DNA from: Tubiluchus corallicola
Lineage: Eukaryota; Animalia; Priapulida
DNA length: 64,000 bases
Reading direction: 5' to 3'
Assembly (NCBI GenBank): GCA_030141605.1
Contig: JAQGDQ010000117.1
Coordinates: 496,001 to 560,000 of the forward strand
A program made the translations under genes and the position numbers. The notes beneath the pieces were generated by a model. That model worked only from the letters and a program-made list of their open reading frames with translations. It did not search any database and was not told where the DNA came from. Numbering within the stretch: position 1 is the first letter of the stretch; every line of letters starts with the position of its first letter. Positions 11,939-24,765 of this stretch are shown one piece after another.

Positions 11939-14329
11939 CTGGAAAAGAAGGGAAACACTTCCTGTTAAAAAAAGGTAGCATATTCGCAGCCTTTTCACTC
12001 GCGCATCTCGTATGAAAATCGCAGGTCTACAGACAGATATAATATTGCCTTTACTAAGTAAAAATGTTTTGATTAATGCTAAATCTGAGAAATAATGAAC
12101 GTAGCTAGGCACCGTGAAGACAGTCTTTTAACAGACGACTTTCATTGGCATGTTAAAAAGACGCGTCAACGTAATTATGTTTTTAAACAAATTTACAATA
12201 AGAAATAATTTACTGGAAAAAGTTTAGTACCAACATGACGCGAACAAGATGTAAAAACTAATACAATTATTGCATAGATAAGTAACTTCAGTCGATTGTC
12301 AGAATATTCTGATAATTTACAAAATTATTCAAGCAGCTAATACGTAATTACCAGCAAATAATATACCACGGTCTTACAGGAGCATTTTTATAGTGGGTAA
12401 GGCATGTTCACATTTATAAGCGGAACTGTCGTATGAAAACGTTGTTTTATTTTTTGAATCCGTCGCGAAGTGAGGCTGAAAGCTTGCATAGGGACACTAC
12501 GGACTATTGCGCGAACCGTAACGGAATCAGATTTTTTCATTTTCCTAATACGGCCCTCAAATAGTCACGTTAGATATGTCACGCCCATTAAGTGCATCTG
12601 CCCTGTGCATCGTTACATAATTTGTGTTTGTTTTATTCTACTATATAAATGGATCTACCAACAATGTGTAATAGAAAATTTTAACGAACAAAACGGATTG
12701 CACGACAACGCTAAACACAGGCTAAGATTTTCTTATGAAAACCATTAGCTTTACAAGAAATCAGTAAGCATGACATGCCAGGTCCATGCGCATTAGTGCT
12801 TTAATTGTAGTTGAATTACGCATTTACATTGACGTTATTGGTTAACTCACTGGGAATGCTTGAGTCCTCAAAATAAACGTGCACTGTTCAAAAGTCATTT
12901 TGTCTCGGCATTTCTACTTGTAAAGATCTATATTAAAGTTACTGCAGTTGTAAAAAAGTCACATTTTGCGTTTTATCTGACAACTCGGGTAATCCAAATG
13001 ACTTCATTATCTTCATTCACACAGGCTGTCATGTATCATTTTACAATTCAAGAGCACGCCGTTTAACACTTTGGCCTCCTATACCACAGTTTATATCTTA
13101 GTATTTAATTTTATTTGCAACTCGTTTTTTGTGGACAACGATCTCGTATATATTGTTTTTAAGTACCACAGTTTAATTTAATTTTTTGCGTAATTTTGTT
13201 TATAATTTGTCTTATTTGTGTTTTCTACAGATAATAGTCTCGTATACCAGGTATATTTATTTTAGTACTTAATTTTATTTGCCACTTATCTTACTTGTGT
13301 TTTTTATAGATGATTCCCGTGGTTTACGTAAATTGTCTTAAATATATTATATAATTTTTAAGGTGCTTTAAGTTTTATTTTAAATCTATGTGCCTACTTA
13401 CTTCTGGATGGATAACACGCAGTGACCTTTTCGACGATTTAATTCCTTGCTGTCATTCATGGCACACAGTGGTAGGCACGTCTTTCGTACTGCTCATCGC
13501 TAAATAATCTTACTACCTACTTTTTACTGAAGTATATAAAATGTATATATTTTTTGTGCCCAATAAATAATGAATAATTAAAACAAATAAATCATTCATG
13601 TCAAATTAACTCATATTATTTAGTGTATTAACATTTGTTTTGTTAAGATTATTTTCAAAATTTTTATACCACCGACAAGTTCGATTCACAAGAGCCACTT
13701 GCCTTAATGCAATCATTGTCCATAGAGATTTCTTCGCATGCGAAAGGTTTGATATTGCTACGAACTAAATTGAATTTGGTAGGAGCAGGTGCAAATTTCC
13801 GACAATTTTCTGCGTACAAATTCATTAGGAAAAACGTCAACTTTTCCATCACAAAGATTTCCAACAGGTTTCTGGCTGGAGAGCTAGCATAACTAATTAG
13901 CTTGCTGTACCATTTGGTTCGTTTATTAATCGTATTTAATTAAATTTTTCCCCTTGCAGCTATGCAGTTAGCAAATTTGATCGCACATCAGAAGTCATGC
14001 ACACATGCACGTACATGCGCACGCACGGATTTACCAATATAGAATTACCCATTGATTCAGCAAAATATGGAACTTAACATGCAATTATCGCAGTTCTCAC
14101 GGGGTTGGGGCATTCTCAATGAAGTAATCAAAACAAAATTTTGTTATTGAGCTGCCAAATTATCAAAAACATGGAAAAGTTACTCAGTTAGCATCACGGA
14201 CTTTATAAACTGTTTAATGCCGTTGCAAATATAGACCACACATTCATCTCAGTGTAAAGCCGCTACGCAGTTCAACGAACCAAATCATTAGTTATTTGAT
14301 CGACCTTTAATTTAGTAAATTTAGTAAAT

Positions 14330-14449
14330 GACTACGGCCAAATCACGTTGAAAACACCAGTTCTCGTCTGATCACCGAAGTTAAGCAACGTATAGCCTGG
14401 TTAGTATTTGGATGGGTCACCGCCTAGGAATACCAGGTGCTGTAGGCTT
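14330..14449 (+). rRNA. Full-length 5S rRNA-derived sequence (head of the SINE, probably not a ribosomal gene)
   Basis: 120 nt GACTACGGCC...GTGCTGTAGGCTT, with A box AGTTAAGCAACG and C box TGGATGGGTCACC. Terminal helix I can pair. Confidence 0.85.
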
Positions 14450-14856
14450 GCGGGATGCCCAAACTGTATCTCGACACTAGGCGGAGGAGCTGCACAAGGC
14501 AGCCAACGGCTAGAGGGCGGAGGAGGTCAAGTGACCCAACGGCCATGTGTAGAGGAGTAAACCTTCCAAATCGGGAGTGGAGCCCCAAAGGCGGACCAGT
14601 GCAGCATGCTCACTGACTCCGGCAGCTCCTGCAGCCAACCTGGTGCCGAACGTATCGCTCCGCTTTCCTTTGGACTACACCAGCGAGGAAGAGAGGACGT
14701 TCCTGTTTTCTGGGCAACTCAGGATCTCCATACACCATGCTGAGGCGTGCGTCCTGGAGACGTTCAAAAATCGGACTGCTCAGCCACAGTCGACGCTGCA
14801 GCTCCATCAATGTGATCAATAGCTGACTCTCTTGGATGACAGAAGGAATTCCAACC
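14330..14856 (+). mobile_element. 5S rRNA-headed SINE (SINE3 type) with GC-rich RTE-5'UTR-like body and 12-bp TSD
   Basis: AATTTAGTAAAT is duplicated at 14318-14329 and 14857-14868. The 5S head has no oligo-T terminator and runs into a ~400-bp GC-rich body that ends CCAACC. Confidence 0.85.
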
Positions 14857-15412
14857 AATTTAGTAAATATTGTTATAATTTTAAAGTATATCGCAGGTAA
14901 TTAATTTTAATACTACATAATTTCAATTCATGATTGCAAATTAATGACCACACAACCACAAGCACTTTATGTATTAAATTTAATAAAATTACATCAAATT
15001 AGCTGATAATTACGCTTTCAGTTTAGTTAGTTTAATGTTATAGGCCTAATTGTGGCTTTAAATCACGTTTTATGTGCAATCCTGAACTATACTATTATTA
15101 TGTAATTAACTTTAGGGGTGGGCATTTTTATTGCGTTTTCTCTCTGATCTTAATGCAATTACAGTTTTACTTTTTTATGCGAAATGTGCAGAAAAGTACT
15201 ATACACAAACACATTAATTAGTACTTTTATCTCCTCAAAGAGGCAAGAAAAAGCTGCCTGGGGAGCGAGTTGCGTCACTATACTAATCTAAATTTCAAAC
15301 AAAATGTTATTAAAAGCAATTAAAAATAAACGCATAAACAAAACCTAACCACGTAGACCAACAAACATACATTAATCTTAATATATCTTTATTAGAGATA
15401 TATGGATCTTAC

Positions 15413-15527
15413 TTGGTTTTAATGCTGCACCACATATCTTCCAATGCAATGCCATGTATTCTGGGTCAATCGTATATTCATCTCCGCTTAGTATCTCTAA
15501 ATGATCTTTATATCCACGTTTGTCACA
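15413..15527 (-). CDS. CRHBP: CRH-binding protein exon 7
   Basis: ttgtag|...|gtaaga, 115 nt, phase 0-1. Encodes CDKRGYKDHLEILSGDEYTIDPEYMALHWKICGAALKP. Confidence 0.9.
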
Positions 15528-15958
15528 CTACAATGACAATATCAGCCAGATTTAATGTTATTCTTTCTTGTTTATTTTCTTTTAACTCTATTTTCTATGG
15601 CGTGAGTAAGTGTATATACACATTATGTAATTCGGCAGCAAACTTTATATTACTGGTAATTCTCCTAAACACGGTGCAGGAAAGTTGCCCGAGAAATTAT
15701 CACTAGTAGATTAAACCATATTTTTATATTTAATCATTATAATATTTCTTATTTAATCCGTTTTTTAAATTATTTTCACTATTTGTTGCCAGAAAAATAA
15801 ACGAAGTTCTCGAAGAAATCAGTCATGGCTCACGACATCATTCCCATAACGAAAACCGACACGAATCGCACACACAAAATTAAAATAATGCTCTTTCTCG
15901 TGGTTTTGACAATTTCTTCTATATAGTCGAAAGGTAATCATTTCCCGACACCTCGACC

Positions 15959-16070
15959 GAGAAAGAAAGAGGGAGAGAGAGAGAGTGGGAGGGAGGGAGG
16001 TAGAGAGAAACAGAGAGAGAGAGAGAGAGAGAAAGAAAGAGAGAGAGAAAGAGAATGTGTGTGTGAGAGG
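15959..16070. repeat. GA-rich microsatellite
   Basis: Seen directly. Confidence 0.9.
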
Positions 16071-16131
16071 AAGTGCGGGAAAGAGAAAAAATAGACAAGT
16101 AAAATCAAGTAGCAAATTGGTAAAAGCATAC

Positions 16132-16316
16132 CTTGGAAAATATTTTAGATTCAACTTGAGTTTGGCGAGCTACGCCGTCCAGTTCCTCTTCTCCAACCAC
16201 CATTCCTGTAACTGTGGCTTTAATCGGATAGATGACCATGAATGTGCAATTCATTTTTAGCCCATAGTTTGTCAGTGTATAAGAACCAGTGTGGTCTGGT
16301 GAAATAATGTTACAAG
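16132..16316 (-). CDS. CRHBP: CRH-binding protein exon 6
   Basis: ttttcag|...AAG|gtatgc, 185 nt, phase 1-0. Encodes PCNIISPDHTGSYTLTNYGLKMNCTFMVIYPIKATVTGMVVGEEELDGVARQTQVESKIFSK. Confidence 0.93.
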
Positions 16317-16641
16317 CTGAAAAACGGAAAAATCTACTCGATAAACAAAATTCGATAATTAGCGCATGTGGTAACTGTTATTTTCCTTAGACATTTACGC
16401 CACTACGCTAAGACTTCATATCACTCCTTTACAAGAAACTAGCTTTGCCTAGTTTTTAATCAAGTGACAACAAATATAACATATTTCATTATATTACATT
16501 CTAAAACATATTTTATTACGCCATTCGTTATGTGCACACATATGGTGTTTTTATTTTATTTCATTTTATTTTACAAGAAACATAAATCCTTATTATGTAG
16601 ATCAAGTTGTTTTAAATAATTGAATACACTCTCGGACTTAC

Positions 16642-16849
16642 GTTTTGGATTGTAAATAAAACGAACAATGAGTGAAAATCTTTCTCCTATGGTGGGAATT
16701 CGATAAAGCACCGTCCCTACATTTTGATGTAAGCGTGTTTTGCGTGGTCGCACAGAACCACAATAGGACTGGTAACGAGCATCCAACGGTAAAGGATGGT
16801 CAATTTCACTAGGGAAGAAGACACCCATGAGTTCCCAGCCGTCCACTAC
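16642..16849 (-). CDS. CRHBP: CRH-binding protein exon 5
   Basis: ttttcag|...|gtaagt, 208 nt, phase 0-1. Encodes VVDGWELMGVFFPSEIDHPLPLDARYQSYCG...QNVGTVLYRIPTIGERFSLIVRFIYNPK, with hallmark DGWELxGxxFPSxxDHPLP. Confidence 0.96.
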
Positions 16850-16949
16850 CTGAAAATATGAAAAAATTGGCATTCAACGAAAATGAAAAAATAAGGTCAC
16901 AAAAAGAAGTAAGCAGAAAATAAAGAGAAAAAAGACAGCTTTAGTGATA

Positions 16950-17240
<291 letters not shown>

Positions 17241-17658
17241 ATGTGACACAGAGAGAAAAAAATGAGGAGAAAGCAACCAAAGGAAAAAATAAGAACAAAA
17301 AGTAAAAATGCAAAATGAAACTACAGAAAAAAACAGACAAATGTGAGATCTAGAAGGCTGCCTGAATGAAATTTTCTTCCTTCTAATATATTTAAGTAAA
17401 GGTGGAAAGAATTATTTATTTATTTGTTCATTTAAGGGTTCTACTTTTAGAGTGCAAGCTTTCAAATCAGATAACAGCTACTCGGTTCAACTTTCAATGC
17501 AATTCTTCAAATTAGATCTTCCATGCTGTTCTGAATTGCAACAATGAAAAATTTGATGCTATTCAAAATTCTGTTAGTAAGAAATTTACCAATAATTTAC
17601 ATATTGAGACGGTTAACTGAAGCGGCTGACCGAAACGGCTAGAAACAGCTATACTCAC

Positions 17659-17834
17659 ACTAACTAGGCCATCTTCACAACTAACATCAATGTGCTTAAA
17701 TTCTATTTCTATTAGCTGGTCAGCTGGTGCATTTATATACAAAGCACAGACTTCTCCTTGCTCGAATAAGTTTCTTTCGATAAGCGACGTCTGATAAAAA
17801 TATTCACCCCCTTGACCAATCATTTTCATACAAT
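17659..17834 (-). CDS. CRHBP: CRH-binding protein exon 4
   Basis: ttttttgcag|...|gtgagt, 176 nt, phase 1-0. Encodes (D)CMKMIGQGGEYFYQTSLIERNLFEQGEVCALYINAPADQLIEIEFKHIDVSCEDGLVS. Confidence 0.94.
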
Positions 17835-19159
17835 CTGCAAAAAAGGGGGCGTGACAAAGTAATAAAATAGCGCCTTAGTAACATCGTATATGAATCACGT
17901 AACGTCTAAGCGTTAGTTTTTAAAAGAAAGAGCTTTTAAAGCAAGACACTAACTTAGATTAATATCTATAAACGTGAAGACATTACGAGTCTGTTTTAGG
18001 TTTGGCGCACCAGCTTAATTGGTTAAAACGATAACAGCAAAGCTTCAGTGCTTCAAAAAAACTGTAAAAAGATAACAAGGAAATTATAACAGTAAGTAAA
18101 AAGGACGTATCGCTTTTACTCTGGTCACAACTAAATATATCCGAATGTTTCGAATTATTGTAAATACAATACATTCATTGGATTAGTTGCATAAATAAAT
18201 AACAAAAAAACAATGTCGGTTGGTAGTTAATAATTCATATCTTTATATAAATAAAATATACTATTAAGCCACATAAATATGCGGTATTGACTTTGATTTT
18301 ATGCTACAAGATCAGAAGTTGTTCGCAACATAAATATTGTATAATATCATTTAACTGCCGATTGTCTAAAAAAGTCACTTCTGGTTAAGTCGTTTAAAAC
18401 ATCTTGAACAGTAAAAGAGTGAGGCTTTGAGCTCATGCAAGCTCTCTAGCTTTCTTAGACGCGAATCTTTTCATTTTAAATAATCACATTTATCGTAGTT
18501 ACCATTACATTTACATTTATATTTGCATTTTAGAAGAATTTGTCGTAATTGTTATTCTAACAGCACAAGAATAGTGAATCAGCTGAACGTAATATGGTTG
18601 CATAGCCTATATGACTCTCCAAACTTGTTTTGCTGGGTGACAATGGGAACGGCACATATTTACATACAGAGTGCGTTGCACAGTACTTTAACATGCGTCC
18701 AAACGTTCTTTAACAATATAGTATGGTTCCTTATATCCCGTAGGATTTTTGTGCTAAAGCTATTTTTTGCTGAAAGTTAAGGAATGTGACAACCTCAATC
18801 CAAAAAAAATTCGGTGCCATTTTTTTCGAGCCCATTATGGGCATTTTGGGGCGCCATTTTAAATTAGAAAAATCCCCACTGTTGACTGTATTCACATGCC
18901 TGAAAATCATTGGAAAAAGTCTCAAAAACCACCACTACAATCGACGCCAACAGTGACAACAGGCATGTACATAAATGTAGACAGCGATATTTACGCCCCC
19001 CCCCCACCCCAGGGACAATTCAGGAAAGTTCCCATCCGAGTGCCATGTTTTTTCTTACGGTTACATGCTGGAAATGATTCATTACATTAATTATAGTGAG
19101 ATTGAAATAGGTAATTAATCATCCTAGAAAAATTTAAATTTAGGCCAATTTGGACTTAA

Positions 19160-19900
19160 GTTTATTTAGTAAGTTTATTTATTTCCATATTCACAAATCA
19201 AAACATTAAGCAATATAATACACATTTTACATTACGTTAAAAGTTATTAAATTATTAAGTGTGGAAAAAAGGACTTTGAAATCAATACAGACTTATGTGT
19301 CCGATATTTCGCGTATCTATTAATTGTCATAATTTAAAGGCTAGTAAAAGATGATATACAAATAAAAGGGTAAACGTGTAGAAAATGTAATAGTAATTTA
19401 AAAAAATCTTTATATCGTAAAAAATTATAATTATACAATACAAATACATATACACATGCATGGGTAAAATTATATTAACATCACGCCGAAGTTAAATATA
19501 GCCTCAAAAACACTTAGAGAATTTGCTGTCGTTACTTGATTAAGAAGACTATTCCACAGTATAACACCTTGATATTTAATAGAGCGTTTCATGAGGTTAG
19601 CTTTTAATTTAGGAATGTGAAATTTATTATGTTACCTGGTTGTATGAGTATGTACATCTTAAGGTAGAAGAAATTGAATATTTCCTCTAATACGCAACAT
19701 GCAAAACGTTTTGAACCATTAAAATGCCATGCACACTACGCAAACATATCGCGCAAACTTTTAGTGCATAGATTTGAGTAGCAGCTCAGCTTTTACACAT
19801 TAATTGGCAAAATTAATACGCCGCACGTTTTGCGTATTTGAATGACCAATAATGTATGTTCTGCAATATTACGAATTTGATCTCTAATAGTAAATCTAAT
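19160..19900 (-). mobile_element. 3' fragment of a CR1/L2-group LINE
   Basis: Minus strand reads DVHTHTTR*HNKFHIPKLKANLMKRSIKYQGVILWNSLLNQVTTANSLSVF. (TAAA)n tail near 19165-19185. Confidence 0.75.
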
Positions 19901-19970
19901 CAAATACAAGTTTCTAGGAGCCTGTAATTTTTACTTGTAACTAGTTACTTAAATTGTGAAATTAACAAAC

Positions 19971-20046
19971 CTAATTTATGCCGATTCGGACTAGATGAAC
20001 GTGTCTGTCTAGAGCTGCTTCTTGATAAAAGTATATCTTCAAAATC
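19971..20046 (-). CDS. CRHBP: CRH-binding protein exon 3 (pro-region with RQTR site)
   Basis: tctttttctag|...TAG|gtttgt, 76 nt, phase 0-1, in frame with exon 4. Encodes DFEDILLSRSSSRQTRSSSPNRHKL. Confidence 0.8.
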
Positions 20047-21844
20047 CTAGAAAAAGATAATTAAGCTTTTGTTACCACGAAACCATGTTGTGACTTAATA
20101 ACAGCCAGACGTACTAACTGCGTTAAATGAGGGTTGGAAATTATTCACATACGGGTTGAACTGTTTCAATTTCACCGTTTTTGTCATTATCCAGTCTAGA
20201 GATGATTATAATGATAATTAGTCGTTTTGTGTTTACGTAAGAGAACCTACAATAACAATACGATGTAATATTTACTTAAGCTTGATGCATATTAATGGCT
20301 TCCTAAGCGCTTTTTGTGCCTCGGATGTGGCTTTTGCTATAAGAACTATAACAAAAATGTCCACCAAATGCACCAAAAGCTAGGTTAGTAGACAATTCCA
20401 ATTTTCATAGAGATTTGGCTAATGGGTGTATAAATGCACCTGAGTAATTACTTGTTCAAGACCTACTATTAGAAACCTGGGACGCCAATTTATTCGCTTC
20501 AAGTATAATTAAATCATATTTTCAATTTGTCACTCGTTCGGATGCTTTCAGCAACGAAAAGAAACAGTAGCCTGTGGCGAAAATTCAAAACTGCATATTC
20601 GTGTTTGCCACCCATTCCCCATAACAATTCCCCCTTTTGACCAGAGCATGCAAAATCGCAAATCGTATCAAGTGATTTGAATCCTATGGAATCATTAGTG
20701 GAAGAACTTCTTCAAAAAGATTTTTCGTCTATCAGTTTCTTATCACAATAATTTACAAGTAAAAAGCGTACATTTCGGATGCCTAACTTCTATTCCTCAA
20801 ATAGACCGTGTTAGTCATCACGGTACAACCCAACCACCGAAGTAGTCACCTCCAATGCTACCTAGCCATTTGATAATCAATTATGCCTGCACAGATGAAG
20901 TGGTTAAGTGATTTTTGTATTTTTACTAAAACTACATGTTCTTTAGCAGTGGCAAGGCTATGGTGTGGGTAGCATTGGTTCACTACTAGGGCACACGCGC
21001 GCTACGTTCGGGTAGCAAACAAAAATTCTCGGACGTTCTTGTCGTTCAAGATTAAAACTCAAGCACTACATGAATAAATACTCGTGTTTAATATTTTTGG
21101 TGCCTCTCAGTAGAAATCTTCGCTTTTCGTGACAAATCTTGGTGAGGACACCTAAAATTTTTTATAATACATTCCTACCATCTGTACTGCTCTCGTGAGA
21201 TCGATCTTGTTTCTCTGCCTCGTGCTGAAAATGCACTTGATAGAACGAAGCTTTATTACCTGATCATATCTCGCCGAATTTTCAGAGTAATCACGTCAGA
21301 ATCAGAATGGAAATTGACGTGAACCTCTGCAGAGATCATAAATGAAATTTGAATAAGCTCATAGAGAAGTAATTTCATGGAAAGGATCAAAATTGTCCAG
21401 AGACATTCAGCAGGTGCCCAATTATGCAGAATATACAAAAATTGCATGCAGCAAAAACAGTCATTACGTAAACTGAACACAAAGTGTTTTAAGCGTAAAG
21501 GTGTAAAGTGTAAAAGTGTAAAGGCGCAAACTGCAAAAAACAGCTTTTGTTTAGTGATAAAGACTTATAACAAAATTGTGATTGCTTTCCGTACATTAGA
21601 ATAGATATAAGAAAATAGTATCCTAATAATTGGCCTAAAAACTATTATATACGAACGCAAATATTTCGGGCCTACTTTCTTAATGCAAACGAGTAATGAT
21701 ATAGGGCGCCATTATTATTACTGGCAAATGCGCCTGCGCGAACTTACGTTTGCCAAGGTTTGTTTTGGTCTTCAAACAGAGATTACTACAAACAAGTCGC
21801 TACTATTATGAGCGGCTGATGATCAAATTGACAAAGCGCATTTC

Positions 21845-23990
21845 GGTAGTAGGCTTTTTGGTACAAATATTTTGGCACAGCCTCATTCGCCACAAACTTT
21901 TTGGTACATACACATTTAGACACATACTTCTGGACACACGTAAGTTACGACACATGGCATATTGGATGGACACAGTACTGTCCTACAAATGCAAGTTTCG
22001 ACAAAAACAGGGGAGTAAAACCAAGGTGTACGTGTGCTCGTATTTTACACTTTAACTTTACTTAAACTTTAGAATAGTTGTTAGTAATTTGTATTTGCCA
22101 AAATGTAAGAAACAATACCAAAAGTTCTACTTAGAGAGAAAATACAGTCGTTCGCTAAAGTTAGCTCCAAAGAAATCTACAAAGATTCTTCAATTTCTGA
22201 GACGCCATTGGTGTTTACTATCGTTGTTTCACAGCAAAAATTACAAGTATGCAAAATTAAATGACGTAGTCTATTAGCTTTACAAATAAAATGATTCAGA
22301 ATCCAGAGGAGCTCACTCTATTTCAACGACAATGCCCATGTTTAGCCAATAATCGGCTTTTATTGTTTCCATAATGATCTCGATACCTACGACGATGGTG
22401 TAATATTGTTAAAGTCTGATTATGCCAATCAGACGGCATTTCTTATTTTTACCATTTTTGTGATGTTGTTTGTTTGGTTGTCCATGCATTTTGGGCAGCA
22501 TCACTAATTATAAAACTAAAAACAATTTTTGTGACGTAAGATGTTCAGTGACAAATAACAGAATGACAAGATTTTGCTTGATTTCGAAGACATTAATGGA
22601 AGGGCATTCTCTTACTTCGAAAGAAAATCGTATGAGTTGGCTGAGTTTAAATTTGCATTGTGATTGCAAAATGGAGCAGCTTAGCAAGTCTAAATAGTAG
22701 CGAGATCATGTTTGACAAATTGGCAGTAGTAAGTTGATGGGTTTAAAAACTGCAATAATTATTTTGGGGTTAAAAAGCCAAAAGGATCACTTTATTTGTT
22801 TTGAATATACATTGAAAAGGAACGAATATTATTTAAGAATATAAGTACGGCGTGTGTTAACACGAAAAAAAAACAAAGACAGACTTATTAGCTGTAGCGG
22901 ATAGCCCTATAGGCTGAATAGGCTGAAGCCTAAGGCCCGGGATCAAAAGGGGCCCGGCAAAATAAAACGAAAAAAATTTTTTGTTGTAAAAAAAATTGAC
23001 AAAAGAGCAAGGGGCGCGCCAAAATAAAATATAGAAAAAGTTTTTTTTTCAAAAGTCAGTCACTATATTTCAAATCGGGTTTACACAAATCAAGTTTAAA
23101 CAATTCACGTTTACACAGTTTAAGTTCAAAATTTCAGTTTCCGAATTTTTCTGGGGACAAAGTCAGTTATAATTTCTGAAAAGTCCATTTTTTTCAACAT
23201 ATCTGACTCAATATGCATCAGTGATAAATTGAATAATTTGTCATCCTTTACAAACGACGAGAGCTCCACAAAAACACGTCAGCTCAGCAGTGTAGCAACA
23301 TTTAAAAGGCCCGTTCCAAGCTCAAGCCTAAGGCCCATAAAATCATAATCCGCCGCTGCTTATTAGTATATATTAACGTAATGCAGCATCCTATAAATTG
23401 CAAATTATTTATGATAGTATTAACCTGAAATCGTAATCAAAAAATTTCTACAGAAACGATATATTTTTACGCTATAGTTTATGTTTCAGTGACACTACCG
23501 AAGTGAGAACCAGATATATTTAGGCGCATAGTAAATTAGGGTAAAAGCGGGTAGTAATAATAATCCCTGTCAATGTAAGTACAGTTTGTTATTTATAGTC
23601 GGCGAAAAAGTCTCATTGCTTGTGTTGTCTGTTGACTTTAAAGCTGACATTAAATGAAGTTTATTACTATTATTGTTATTATATGTCCATTAATCGGCAT
23701 GTGACCAACATGGCACTATGACTAAAGTGATCCGTCTCCAATAATCCCTGGGACGAATGTTATCTGACCAATATTCCTTTGCGCCTAAAATGGTTTGTGT
23801 CCATCAGTCCTTGCGACGAAAGTAACATGTGCCAAATAGTCTTTGTTTTTAAATTGGATTGCGTCCAATGATCCATGTGTCTAAATGTAACTGCGTCCAA
23901 AGAAAATTGTGGCGAAATAAACACTTATCAAAATTCGGCAGGGTCTAACTGTGTGTGACCAAACTGCCTGTGTCAAAACGGTTGGTAGAG
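21845..23990. mobile_element. Degenerate Mutator-like (MULE) element with long inverted arms built from ~15-bp tandem units
   Basis: Left arm units TTCGCCACAA / TTGGTACATA / TTTAGACACAT / CTGGACACA (21855-21975) recur in the same order, inverted, at 23700-23985. Weak NAVxxWHN...SLWK-like remnant on the minus strand at ~22365-22440. Confidence 0.6.
22892..23358. mobile_element. Non-autonomous hAT element (MITE) with 8-bp TSD, nested in the MULE-like element
   Basis: TIRs CTGTAGCGGAT / ATCCGCCGCTG. TSD CTTATTAG at 22884-22891 and 23359-23366. AAGCCTAAGGCCC motif near both ends. Confidence 0.88.
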
Positions 23991-24765
23991 CTTGTATACT
24001 CTCCTACCTGCTTGTCCTGCTTGTCTACTCCACCTAGTTGTAAGAAGTTGATAATCTACCCAGGATAGAAATTATTTACTTATAGACCAAAATAATAATT
24101 AATTATAGTAACGAAAGAGTTGCCTCCGTGTTCTCTTAATTTTTTTATTTATTTTAAGTTTACAGTAGTGAGAGAGAGAGAGAGCGCGCGCGAAAGAGAG
24201 ATAGACAGACAACGACAGAGAAAAAGAGAGAGGGAGAGAACACTATGTAAGCAACTTAGATTTCATCACCCTTCATTCGCTGTGTTGCTGTGCTCATATT
24301 GTTTGTGTGATTCTTCTAATACGGACATTGCGCATTTGCTCAGCTATAACCCAAATGCATCGTATTTGCTGCAAATTGAACGTAGTGCACTTATCCAAAT
24401 GCAGTGCTTTCTAAATTGTCTGCTTGCAATTCTAGACACTGGAATATAATAGTAGAAGCTTCTATTCTTGGAAAAGGTAAACGTTTAACATTCTGCTATG
24501 GCAAATTACAGGTGTTGTTGCCACCATTTAGTCTTTCACGTGTTAAATTAATTGGAAGGTAGGAGTGATAAAAATCATTGGCTTGTTCTATTGATTCCAC
24601 AGAGTAGTACATTAGCTGACTGCATTGAACTCTTGCATCCGATTAATCCCTAACTTCCTCTTTTCTGTTTCTCCTAATCGTCGTTCTTGGTGCCGTGTTA
24701 TAAAATGGCCACCACTGAAGTACAGTATAAAATAACAGCGTCGCACCTCTTATTGTCTGATGAAA

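Noticed and set aside
14330-14449. Functional 5S rRNA gene
   Set aside because: Single copy, no oligo-T terminator, several substitutions, and enclosed with 400 bp of extra sequence by a TSD; better explained as a SINE head.
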